This document shows, one piece after another, positions 27,242-35,042 of a stretch of DNA of 35,042 nucleotides (position 1 is its first letter; every line of letters starts with the position of its first letter). The DNA is from Deltaproteobacteria bacterium (GTDB lineage Bacteria; JAEEML01). The notes beneath the pieces were generated by a model, which did no database searches, was not told where the DNA came from, and was given only the letters and a program-made list of their open reading frames with translations. Both the position numbers and the translations under genes were made by a program. Where the stretch lies: positions 1 through 35,042 of the forward strand of contig JAEEML010000041.1 of assembly GCA_016283195.1 (NCBI GenBank), given 5' to 3'.

Positions 27242-28075
27242 ATGACCGCTCCCAAAACATCAGCTGTAAAAAATTTTGCCGCCGCTTTTGCCTACCCGTT
27301 TAAGGGGCTTACTTTTTTGGGCAAACACCGGCTTTTAGCCGCCGCTTTGCCGGCTATAATTCTTAATGTTATTATACTCGCCGTTGCTATATATTTGGTT
27401 TTTACCAAAGGAGCCGATTTTTTTGAATATCTCACCGGCCTCATTCCCAGCGGCGAAGAAGGCTCTTATCTAGCCAAGTTTGTTTATTTTTTAGGCAAAG
27501 GGTTAAAAATTCTTTTAACCCTTCTTTTGCTAATAATTACGCTTTTTTTTGTAAATATACTTGGCGCCGCCTGTGCTAGCCCGCTTTTGGATATCTTAAG
27601 TGCCAAATGCGAAAAAAAATTGCAATTACTTGAAATACCGGAGCTGCCATTTTTTACCTCGCTCATACTGTCGGTGAAAAATGCACTTTTGGCCGTTGTC
27701 CTCCAAATGTTTATTTGGCTTTTCCTCCTGCCGCTTAATTTGATTCCCGTTATTGGCGGAGTTCTTTATTTTGTTCTTTCTTCGGTTTCCACCTGGTTTT
27801 TTGCCTCTTTGCAATATCTTTCTTACCCGCTGGATCGCCGCCTGGTGCCGTTAAGTTATCAAATAAAAACAATTTTTAGTAATAAAATGGCCGCTTTTGG
27901 TTTTGGGGCCGGTGTAACTTTTATAACTTTTTTGCCGCTTGTAAATCTCATCTTTTTGCCTTTAGCGGCCGCCGGCGGCACCCTTTTTTCCACCGATTTA
28001 TGGCTTGATAACTGCTTGCCGCCGGAAGTTTTAAAATATTTTGCTCCCCGAGTAAATTCTACAAGCCAAAGGTAA
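27242..28075 (+). CDS. EI24/CysZ family membrane protein
   Basis: AYPFKGLTFL, ACASPLLDILSAKCE, LNLIPVIG, YLSYPLDRR, FGFG...PLVNL...AAAGGT. Confidence 0.85.
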   Translation: MTAPKTSAVKNFAAAFAYPFKGLTFLGKHRLLAAALPAIILNVIILAVAIYLVFTKGADFFEYLTGLIPSGEEGSYLAKFVYFLGKGLKILLTLLLLIITLFFVNILGAACASPLLDILSAKCEKKLQLLEIPELPFFTSLILSVKNALLAVVLQMFIWLFLLPLNLIPVIGGVLYFVLSSVSTWFFASLQYLSYPLDRRLVPLSYQIKTIFSNKMAAFGFGAGVTFITFLPLVNLIFLPLAAAGGTLFSTDLWLDNCLPPEVLKYFAPRVNSTSQR

Positions 28076-28078
28076 AAT

Positions 28079-28819
28079 ATGGGCGCGGAAGTTAAAAAAT
28101 ATGCCGCCTATTTGGCGGCTCTCCCCGAGCCCATGATGCGCAAAATAGCGGCCGTGCGCCTCTTTGATGAACTTGAAACAGAGGAACTCCTTGATTTACT
28201 TACTAAATTAATAGCCGGGCAGCGTAAGACAGTAAGTTATGTGCTCATGCTGGAAGCTATTTTAGAAGCCCACATGGAGGAGCTTTTGCCTTATGAGCGG
28301 GTCTCTGACATTTATGCTCTGGCTAAAGAACGCGGCTTGGAGGCGGTGACAAAACTGCTTTTAAATCCGCAAAATAGCTCTAAGGAGGCCAAAGAGCGGG
28401 GCATGCTGGACCTCACTTTGCAGGACGAGCCGCTCGGTATGCGCAAATACATGGCTCGCCATGCCGATGCGGCCCTGATAGATCGCCTTTTAAATGACCC
28501 GGATCCGGCGGTAATTTATAATCTTTTGCGCAACCCGCGCCTTACGGAAGCGGCAGTGCTGCGCATTGCCACCAGGCGCTACTCCTCGCCGGAGGTTTTT
28601 AAAGAAATTCTCGCCTGTTACCGCTGGCAAAAGAATTACCGCGTGCGCCTCGCCATTATTTATAACCCCACTGTGCCGGTGAAATTAGCCTGCCAGCTCC
28701 TGCCCACTGTGTTAGACCAGGATTTGCGCGATCTCAGCAAAGAGGGGACGCTCTCTATGGAAATCCGCGAACTGGCCGAGACGATGCTGGGGGAACGGCG
28801 GAAAGGGAGTGAGGCATGA
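28079..28819 (+). CDS. Hypothetical helical-repeat protein (LRV/HEAT-like)
   Basis: LGMRKYMAR...RLLNDPDPAVIYNLLRNPRLTE...YRVRLAIIYNPTVP. Confidence 0.7.
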   Translation: MGAEVKKYAAYLAALPEPMMRKIAAVRLFDELETEELLDLLTKLIAGQRKTVSYVLMLEAILEAHMEELLPYERVSDIYALAKERGLEAVTKLLLNPQNSSKEAKERGMLDLTLQDEPLGMRKYMARHADAALIDRLLNDPDPAVIYNLLRNPRLTEAAVLRIATRRYSSPEVFKEILACYRWQKNYRVRLAIIYNPTVPVKLACQLLPTVLDQDLRDLSKEGTLSMEIRELAETMLGERRKGSEA

Positions 28820-30354
28820 AGGAACACTTTTTTCATATTTTACTTGGAACCTTAGCTCTCCTCCTCCTTTTGCTCATTTCCGTAAATATTCAGCTTTCTA
28901 TGATGCGCGTGGCTTTTACCACCCAGATTTACGGCGCAAATGAGCTCTGGGCCGGCCATAGCGGCTCTTTGCGCTTTACCGCTATGATGGATGACGGCTT
29001 TAGTTTTGAAGAAGATATTGCGGCCGAAGTACGCCTGATTTATGCCGAAGACGGCCAGGATTTTTTGCTTTTTAAAGGCGAAAATCGCCTGGGCGACACT
29101 TTGGAAGTAAATTTTTCTGTGCCACCTCGCCTGGGTAAAGCCATGATCGCCGCTACTATTTTTACCGGGAGCGGCGAAGAATTTGTCACCTTGCCGGTGG
29201 AAGTTATTAATGAGCCCAAAGAAAAGCCACTCTCCCTCTTGCCGCCGGAGCGCTCGTTGCCCTTAAATAAAGAGGAAAAACGCTGCTGTTTTCCAGAAAT
29301 TGCCCCCGGACAAAAGCTTTATGCCTATCCCGAAAGCGGCCTTTTAGCGCCTCAGGCAAAAAACACCATCTATCTTTTTAGCCCCTCTTTAGCTGCCGAA
29401 GCGGCGGAACTGCTCCGCCTCACTGTACCCATGACAATTATAAGGCCCGATAGTTTTGGGGTAGCCGCAATCAGCCTTAACCCCGGTATTGTGCCCACTT
29501 TTACTTTGGAAATCGAAGATAACCGCGACGGAGCCAGCGAAGAGCTAAAATTGCCCCTCGAAGTGGCCCCGGCGCAAATGTTTTTGACTCTCTCCCAATA
29601 TAGAGCCAAAGCGGGTGAAAAAATTACGGCCACTTTAAATACTTTGCGCCGCCAGGAAACCATATTTTTGGATATTTGGTATAAAAATATCCTTTTGGAA
29701 AGCCGGGCTGTAAGTATCAAAAACGGCCAAGGCAGCCACTCTTTTACTATTCCCCAAGATGCGGCCGGCCTCATTTTTGTGCAAATATATCGCCCCTTTG
29801 TCAATCCCGGTGAAACTCAGGATATGCGGGCTATATGGGTAAATAACGCGCCAGATGATGAGAGCTTTTTTGCCCTAATAGCGCTCTTAAATAAAGCTGG
29901 CGGCGGCCAGGATCCGCTACTTAGCTATTTGGTAGATAAAAAGCCCTTAGTTCCCCACCATAAAGGCGAAGAGCCGCTAAAATTAATTTTAAGCCGCCTC
30001 TATAGAGAAGATCCCGGCGCGCCGCTCCTGCTCGATAGCGGCCCGGCCAAAAGAGCGGCCTTTGCTCTAGCGCAAAAAGAGAGCCGTGAAAAACTGCACT
30101 ATGCCTATATTGTCACCGGTATTCTTCTGCTAATTCTCCTTATTTTTGTGATAGTTACGCATCTCAAAAAAACAAAAAAAGCGCTGCGTTCTGCGCTTGA
30201 TGAGTGCCCGGAGCTCATAGAAGATGGAGCCGGGCCGCCTGAGATTAGCCTCATGCCGCCCAAAGTGGCTTTTATTTTGGTTATTATGGCCCTTTTGCTC
30301 CTCCTTTTTACCGCCGGTATTCTCCTCGCCAATCTCAAATGGACTATCTGGTAA
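28816..30354 (+). CDS. Hypothetical membrane protein (one N-terminal and two C-terminal TM helices, beta-rich soluble region)
   Basis: 512-aa ORF with ATGA overlap; hydrophobic segments at both ends; weak resemblance to macroglobulin-type beta domains (YRAKAGEKITATL). Confidence 0.7.
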   Translation: MKEHFFHILLGTLALLLLLLISVNIQLSMMRVAFTTQIYGANELWAGHSGSLRFTAMMDDGFSFEEDIAAEVRLIYAEDGQDFLLFKGENRLGDTLEVNFSVPPRLGKAMIAATIFTGSGEEFVTLPVEVINEPKEKPLSLLPPERSLPLNKEEKRCCFPEIAPGQKLYAYPESGLLAPQAKNTIYLFSPSLAAEAAELLRLTVPMTIIRPDSFGVAAISLNPGIVPTFTLEIEDNRDGASEELKLPLEVAPAQMFLTLSQYRAKAGEKITATLNTLRRQETIFLDIWYKNILLESRAVSIKNGQGSHSFTIPQDAAGLIFVQIYRPFVNPGETQDMRAIWVNNAPDDESFFALIALLNKAGGGQDPLLSYLVDKKPLVPHHKGEEPLKLILSRLYREDPGAPLLLDSGPAKRAAFALAQKESREKLHYAYIVTGILLLILLIFVIVTHLKKTKKALRSALDECPELIEDGAGPPEISLMPPKVAFILVIMALLLLLFTAGILLANLKWTIW

Positions 30355-30362
30355 AGATGGTA

Positions 30363-30376
30363 TGACAAAAATGTCA
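30363..30376. promoter_or_regulatory. Candidate upstream activator sequence (inverted repeat)
   Basis: TGACA-AAAA-TGTCA perfect dyad about 90-105 bp upstream of a sigma54 -24 element. Confidence 0.55.
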
Positions 30377-30465
30377 CTATTTTAAATATATTTGCAATAG
30401 CAGTACTCCTCAAAAGACAAAGCATAACAATTGAATATTATTTCACAAAACAATAGTTTTCTTTT

Positions 30466-30482
30466 TTGGCATAGATTTTGCA
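30466..30482 (+). promoter_or_regulatory. Sigma54 (-24/-12) promoter for lipoprotein paralog B
   Basis: TTGGCATAGATTTTGCA with exact GG-N10-GC spacing, 57 nt upstream of ATG 30540. Confidence 0.8.
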
Positions 30483-30539
30483 AGAGATAATTTTGTCGCT
30501 CGGTGCTTTTAAATTTTTAGCGACGAATAGGAGTTTAAA

Positions 30540-31262
30540 ATGAAAAAGGCAAGATTAACTTTTGTAGCGATGCTGGCAACTATGGTTTTGGCTTTTGGAG
30601 CCTGCGATAAACCTCTTGATGAGTGCCAAGATGGTAAGGACTGTAAAATAATGCCCAATCAGGCTATTGGGGAGGTTTCCAAATGTATCGACAACTCAGC
30701 TGGTGGCGATGTTCCGGTTCCGGCTGTCGATGCGGCCTCAGACGCAGCCAGCGATGCCAACTCTGATGATGCGGATAGCGATGAAGGTAATGATGGCGAT
30801 AGCGATGATATACAAATTGCCCCCAATGATGGCAACAGCGATGATGATGGTTCCTCGGATGTGACTATTGCTCCGGCACCGTCGCCTGATGGTTTCTCCT
30901 GGAGCTACGATGCCGCCAGCAAAACTCTCACTGTTAAACACGATGGCAGTTGTTTTGAATGTGGCTGGGACGTAGGTGTTACGATGCTTAAACAAGGTGA
31001 AAACGATGTCATTGAAGTTCTCGAAAGTATCAACGCCACTCTAGGTACCGATTGTCTTTGCGCTCGTGATATTAGCGTCAGCATGGCTGGTATTGAAGGC
31101 TCCTCCATCAGCTTTAAGTATTCACAGAGTGTTGTCATAGACAGCAAAGTTGACCTCGTTGAGGTCTTTGATGGCGCCCTCGAGCTCTCCAAGAAAAGCG
31201 GTAAAGAGAGCTTTAGCGCTAAGTTGCCTAATGTTTACACCCCGGAACGCTGTGCTAAATAA
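30540..31262 (+). CDS. Cys-motif lipoprotein of unknown function with Asp-rich insert (paralog B)
   Basis: AGGAG RBS; lipobox FGAC; SKC, WSYDAASKTL..HD..CxxCG, CxC..D motifs. Confidence 0.88.
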   Translation: MKKARLTFVAMLATMVLAFGACDKPLDECQDGKDCKIMPNQAIGEVSKCIDNSAGGDVPVPAVDAASDAASDANSDDADSDEGNDGDSDDIQIAPNDGNSDDDGSSDVTIAPAPSPDGFSWSYDAASKTLTVKHDGSCFECGWDVGVTMLKQGENDVIEVLESINATLGTDCLCARDISVSMAGIEGSSISFKYSQSVVIDSKVDLVEVFDGALELSKKSGKESFSAKLPNVYTPERCAK

Positions 31263-31300
31263 GAACGCGCACCATTTATTCTCCGCTATCTCCCCATAAT

Positions 31301-31990
31301 TTAATGATAAAATGCCCCTGCAGCTGCGCTCAGTATGTTTGCCAAAGCATGGAAAGTAACGGCACCCCAGATGGAGCCGCGCCGCCCTCTAAGCCAGGAA
31401 AAGATGAGCGCCGGAAAGAAGGGCCCAAAGCGCAAAATATTATATTCACCCAAAAAGTGGCCGAGGGCAAAGAGAGCGGAGGTAATTATCACTGCAAGGC
31501 CCATAGGTACGCCGAAAAAGCTATGTTTTGCCGGCCACTTTTTCTCTAGCGCCACTTGCAAATAGCCGCGATAAAAGAGCTCTTCCGGCAGAGCGATGGC
31601 AAAAATCTGGTTTAGGGCTAAATAGGCGCTCTGCCAAAAATTAAAAGCGGGCGGCGCGGCCAGAGTGAGGCCCAAAAAGCGGGTGGCGTAAAAATGGTGC
31701 CCAAGCACAAAAAATGGCGCGATAGCCAGGATAAATAAAAAAGCCAGCCCCACCTCGCTTAAAAGACCCTTTTTAGTCAGGCCGAGCAGGGCATAACTGT
31801 CCGGCAATTTTCTGGTTAAAAATATCGGTAGATAGAGCTGCCAAGCGGCGGCAAAGGTAAAAACAAAAGTGCCGTTTACTCCAAGGGCAGCCAGATGTTT
31901 GGCCAAAGTTAAAACCAAAAGAACAGAGAAAGCGGCCAGGAGGGCTATAGCAAAATCCGATAAATTGTGGGGCTTTCCTGATGTTTCCAT
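31301..31990 (-). CDS. CPBP/Abi glutamic intramembrane protease, myxosortase-like
   Basis: ALPEELFYRGYLQ, KKWP...FFGVPMG, SALFALGH, FFPALIFSWLR, FHALAN motifs. Confidence 0.85.
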   Translation of the reverse strand: METSGKPHNLSDFAIALLAAFSVLLVLTLAKHLAALGVNGTFVFTFAAAWQLYLPIFLTRKLPDSYALLGLTKKGLLSEVGLAFLFILAIAPFFVLGHHFYATRFLGLTLAAPPAFNFWQSAYLALNQIFAIALPEELFYRGYLQVALEKKWPAKHSFFGVPMGLAVIITSALFALGHFLGEYNILRFGPFFPALIFSWLRGRRGSIWGAVTFHALANILSAAAGAFYH

Positions 31991-31999
31991 TTTTAAAAG

Positions 32000-32122
32000 C
32001 CCTCACCCCCTAGCCCCCTCTCCACCTTGCCGGTAGCGAGGGGGAACTTGTCGTAATTATAGGCCCTTTTATTGGCTATAAGATCAAGGAGCCCCTCGCC
32101 ATTTGTAAAAATGGAGAGGGGC
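32000..32122. repeat. REP-like inverted element pair
   Basis: CCCTCACCCCC followed by hairpin CCCCCTCTCCACC/GGTAGCGAGGGGG (32014-32044); second hairpin GCCCCTCGCCATTT-GTAA-AAATGGAGAGGGGC (32091-32122). Confidence 0.7.
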
Positions 32123-32331
32123 GCGATGCTGTAATTTTCACTGCCTGTCGGGGTGAGGGAATGAGAAATGGAGAGGGGCGCGATGCTGTAATTCTCACTA
32201 CCCGTCGGGGTGAGGGAATAAAAAATGGAGAGGGGCGCGATGCTATAATTCTCACTGCCTGTCGGGGTGAGGGAATAAAAAATGGAGAGGGGCGCGATGC
32301 TGTAATTCTCACTGCCTGTCGGGGTGAGGGA
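32109..32331. repeat. 57-bp tandem repeat, 4 copies
   Basis: Unit AAATGGAGAGGGGCGCGATGCTGTAATTCTCACTGCCTGTCGGGGTGAGGGAAT+3 nt starting at 32109, 32166, 32223 and 32280; few substitutions; no unique spacers. Confidence 0.97.
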
Positions 32332-32360
32332 GAAGAAAGGTGAAATAGTGGTCATTATTC

Positions 32361-34013
32361 TTATTCGGTAATTTTGCCTTTGCTGCTGGTGATAATAGTG
32401 ATGGAAAATTCATCATTTAGGTTTTTGTGCAAGCCGCCGGTCAGGCAAACCTTATTGACTTGTTCCACATAGTTCCAGCCTTTTTCGCCGCTGGTGCCGG
32501 TAAAGGGCAAATCCTCGCCGTTTAAGGTTACTTTGAGTGAATCGGCGCCGTCGGCCGGCTGCTTTTCCAGGGTAAAGCAGTCGTTTAAAATAACGCTATT
32601 AACAATATTTATAAGCGTTGTTTCATAGCTGGCTGAGCAGATAGAATCTACCAGAGTATCGGCTGAAAGCCCCATAGCTTCGCGGGCTGCTGCCAGAGTT
32701 TCTAAAAATTCCATATAACGGCTGCCGGGCATAGTGGTGCAACCGCCTAGTTCCTGGCCCGGCTGCTTGGGCTGGCGGGGGTTAACTTGGTCACAGGTGA
32801 GCTGCGAATAGGGCGGCTCGCTTAGCATTTTGCAATAAAGATCTTCGGCCGGATTTACGTTATTAGTCGCTACATCAGAGAGGCAGCAGCAATCGTTGCT
32901 GGCGCCGTTGGGCCCTTGCTGGAAGCAGCCGGCGGCATAAAAGCCGAGCGGCGGCTCCGGGCGGCCGACATCATTGACGCTCCAGGGCATGGCGCCCAAA
33001 ATAGCGGCGGCGCGCACTTTGGAAAGGTCGCCCTTAATAGCTACCAGTTTTTTCACATAATCAGCCGGTTTTTCCAAAATATTGGCGCTATTGCTATCAT
33101 AGCAATTACTCTGACCATTTTGGGCCATTGTTTTGTATGATGTGTCATTGGCAAGGCTGCAATCATTTTCATCGGTGAGAAAAATCACCGCTAAGTCGGC
33201 TTCCGGGCGCGGAAAATCAAAATTTTTGCCGTTTAAAGCCAAAATCATAGCTTCGAGGCCGGCTTCAAAAGTAGTGCCGCGCACACCGAGAGATTTGATG
33301 GTTTTTTGAAAATTATCAATTAGTTTTTGTTTTTCTTGATCGCTTTCATTAGCCGGGCGGCGCATAAACCATTCTTCCTGATTACCGCTCATGGCAAAGG
33401 GCTTACCGCTTGGGGCGCGCAGGTGGCCGTGGTCGCAAAAATTGGGTGTTCTGGCACTTTTATCACAGGTATAGCCATCTTTTATTTGGCAATAACTGGG
33501 CGCTTCGCCAGCCGCCGGCGGACACTCTTCACCGGGCAGGCAGTCGTAATCACTGGTACAAAGCGAACGACAGGTACCTTCGGTGCTCTCACCAACTTTG
33601 ATGCATTTATCTTTTTCGCGGGGCTCTAAAATTAAGTCTCTACTATGGCAATCATCATCACTATTGCAGGGAATATGCATACAGCAATTATCGCGATCCT
33701 GAGCATAGCCGCCGTAATAGTGGACAGTGTCGGTGGTAATTATGCCAATGCGAAAATCATTGGGGCTTTCCACCATAGCGCTAATAAATTTTTCGGCGTT
33801 TTTAATGAGTTCGGCTTGCTCTTCGGCCATGGTGCCGGAATTATCTATTACAAAGAGAATATCGGTTGGCGTGGTATTATAAACAGAGGTGGTGACTTTG
33901 GTGGCTTTGACGGTGAGCCCCTCGGTAAAATCAAAATAGTAACTCTGACAACTTGTAGCCAGTAAAAAACTAGCTATAAATCCGCCTATATAGTAGCAAT
34001 ATCTGCTTCTCAT
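32361..34013 (-). CDS. Cys-rich VWA-domain lipoprotein, CglB-like
   Basis: Lipobox ATSC then QSYYFD; DILFVIDNSGTM (MIDAS-like), GTTFEAGL, VIFLTDENDC; several Cys-rich inserts. Confidence 0.75.
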   Translation of the reverse strand: MRSRYCYYIGGFIASFLLATSCQSYYFDFTEGLTVKATKVTTSVYNTTPTDILFVIDNSGTMAEEQAELIKNAEKFISAMVESPNDFRIGIITTDTVHYYGGYAQDRDNCCMHIPCNSDDDCHSRDLILEPREKDKCIKVGESTEGTCRSLCTSDYDCLPGEECPPAAGEAPSYCQIKDGYTCDKSARTPNFCDHGHLRAPSGKPFAMSGNQEEWFMRRPANESDQEKQKLIDNFQKTIKSLGVRGTTFEAGLEAMILALNGKNFDFPRPEADLAVIFLTDENDCSLANDTSYKTMAQNGQSNCYDSNSANILEKPADYVKKLVAIKGDLSKVRAAAILGAMPWSVNDVGRPEPPLGFYAAGCFQQGPNGASNDCCCLSDVATNNVNPAEDLYCKMLSEPPYSQLTCDQVNPRQPKQPGQELGGCTTMPGSRYMEFLETLAAAREAMGLSADTLVDSICSASYETTLINIVNSVILNDCFTLEKQPADGADSLKVTLNGEDLPFTGTSGEKGWNYVEQVNKVCLTGGLHKNLNDEFSITIITSSKGKITE

Positions 34014-34028
34014 TTATTTGCCCTCGCC

Positions 34029-34565
34029 CTAAAGACGGTAGTTAAAAACGAGCACCAAGCCGATAATAGCATAAATGCGATTTTTAGCACTAGAAATCGC
34101 CGAGCCCAGGTCACAGTATAAATTAAGCCCGGTGGAAAGGGACTCTTTGAAAAAATAATTACCGCCCACGAGCATTTTTCCGCCCACATAGCCGTAATTG
34201 TTAAAATTCATATCAAAAATACCGCCGCCTACAAAGCCCAGGCCAAAAACCATGCTCATGGGCATTTTTTTAAACATGAGGTGATACCGGCCGCCAAGCT
34301 CACCTAAAAGATGGTGGTTTTGGCTAAAAGCCGTAGCAAAGTTAAGCCCCAAAGCTAAAGAAAAAGATTTGGGCCAAAAATACTGATATTCCAAATCAAT
34401 AGCCATCATGGCTCTAGCCGGAGAGAGACTGGTGGGAAAAGCTACCCCCATGTTGCCGCCAAGGAGCTGATCGCCAAATTTATGCTCTACGGCTTTAAGC
34501 GGCGAGGCCCAGAAAAAAAGCACAATAATAAAGGCACTTATAGCGCAAAGAAGAGAATGTTTCAT
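34029..34565 (-). CDS. Small outer-membrane beta-barrel protein
   Basis: Signal peptide (SPLKA), alternating amphipathic strands rich in Gly and aromatics, C-terminal VFNYRL. Confidence 0.7.
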   Translation of the reverse strand: MKHSLLCAISAFIIVLFFWASPLKAVEHKFGDQLLGGNMGVAFPTSLSPARAMMAIDLEYQYFWPKSFSLALGLNFATAFSQNHHLLGELGGRYHLMFKKMPMSMVFGLGFVGGGIFDMNFNNYGYVGGKMLVGGNYFFKESLSTGLNLYCDLGSAISSAKNRIYAIIGLVLVFNYRL

Positions 34566-34602
34566 AAAACACCGCAGGAAGAGAAGAGAGGCAAAAGGCG
34601 CC

Positions 34603-35042
34603 TTAATCTTCCATTATTTCCGCTTCTTTTTCTTTGACGATGGCATCAATTTGCTTAATAGCGTCGTCGGTAAATTCCTGAATTTTGGCCAGAGCCCGGT
34701 CGCGGTCATCTTCGGAAATATCGCCATCTTTGGCCAGCTCTTTCAACATATCGTTGGCATCGCGGCGGCCGTTTCTGATGGCTAGTTTGGCCTCTTCGCC
34801 GCGGTTTTTGGCCTGCTTGGCGAGATCCCGGCGGCGCTCTTCGGTGAGGGAGGGCACTGGCAGGCGGATAACATCGCCGGCATTTTGCGGGGTAATGCCC
34901 ACATCGGCGGCCATAATGGCTTTCTCAATAAGCGAAATAACCGAACGATCCCAAGGCTTGATAGTAATAATCCGGGCATCTCTCACAGCCATGGAAGCCA
35001 CTTCGTTGATAGTTGTCGGAGTGCCGTCAGAATCAACGCTCA
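34603..35042 (-). CDS. frr: Ribosome recycling factor (5' end outside the window)
   Basis: IKPWD...IEKAI...GITPQNAGDVIRLPVPSLTEERRRDL...AIRNGRRDAND...KEAEIM; frame stays open to the window edge. Confidence 0.97.
   Translation of the reverse strand, partial: SVDSDGTPTTINEVASMAVRDARIITIKPWDRSVISLIEKAIMAADVGITPQNAGDVIRLPVPSLTEERRRDLAKQAKNRGEEAKLAIRNGRRDANDMLKELAKDGDISEDDRDRALAKIQEFTDDAIKQIDAIVKEKEAEIMED

Noticed and set aside
28816-30354. Alpha-2-macroglobulin
   Set aside because: Far too short, no CxEQ thioester motif, and has C-terminal TM helices; only a weak fold resemblance remains.
32109-32331. CRISPR array
   Set aside because: Units are contiguous and near-identical with no unique spacers, and there are no cas genes nearby.
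32076-32343. ORFs 32076..32312 (-) and 32161..32343 (+) as repeat proteins
   Set aside because: Several frames are open only because the 57-bp unit lacks stops; no RBS or operon fit supports these two.
19989-34013. MYXO-CTERM substrates of the myxosortase-like protease in this window
   Set aside because: The surface proteins here have N-terminal lipoboxes and lack a C-terminal GC-TM-Arg tail.

Overview
Bacterial chromosomal window with a Myxococcota-like (deltaproteobacterial) gene content, judged from the myxosortase-type CPBP protease, CglB-like VWA lipoprotein, FHA-sigma54 activator and Cys-rich surface lipoproteins; the taxon is inferred, not verified. Left to right: (1) comM and a recA running off the edge, behind a consensus sigma54 promoter, a 7-unit tandem repeat and a parS-like palindrome; (2) an operon for a TPR lipoprotein, a double-FHA membrane protein and an SprT-like protease, divergent from a J-domain/TPR gene; (3) four accessory genes downstream of tRNA-Leu(CAA): tocopherol-cyclase-like, acyltransferase-3, flavodiiron protein and a 53-aa rubredoxin missed by the ORF track; (4) a housekeeping run recJ-rbfA-nrnA-truB-rnhB, an orphan sigma-region-4 gene and queA; (5) an FHA-bEBP, then a ~10 kb surface-protein cluster bracketed by two paralogous Cys-motif lipoprotein genes, the right one with its own sigma54 promoter; (6) frr (partial), a beta-barrel, the CglB-like lipoprotein, a REP-like element with a 4x57-bp amplification and the myxosortase-like gene. 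No CRISPR array, integrase or transposase was seen. Best leads: a possible sigma54/FHA-bEBP regulon including comM-recA, the paralog-bracketed surface cluster, and repeats complementary to the myxosortase ribosome-binding site. Family calls rest on motif recognition only.
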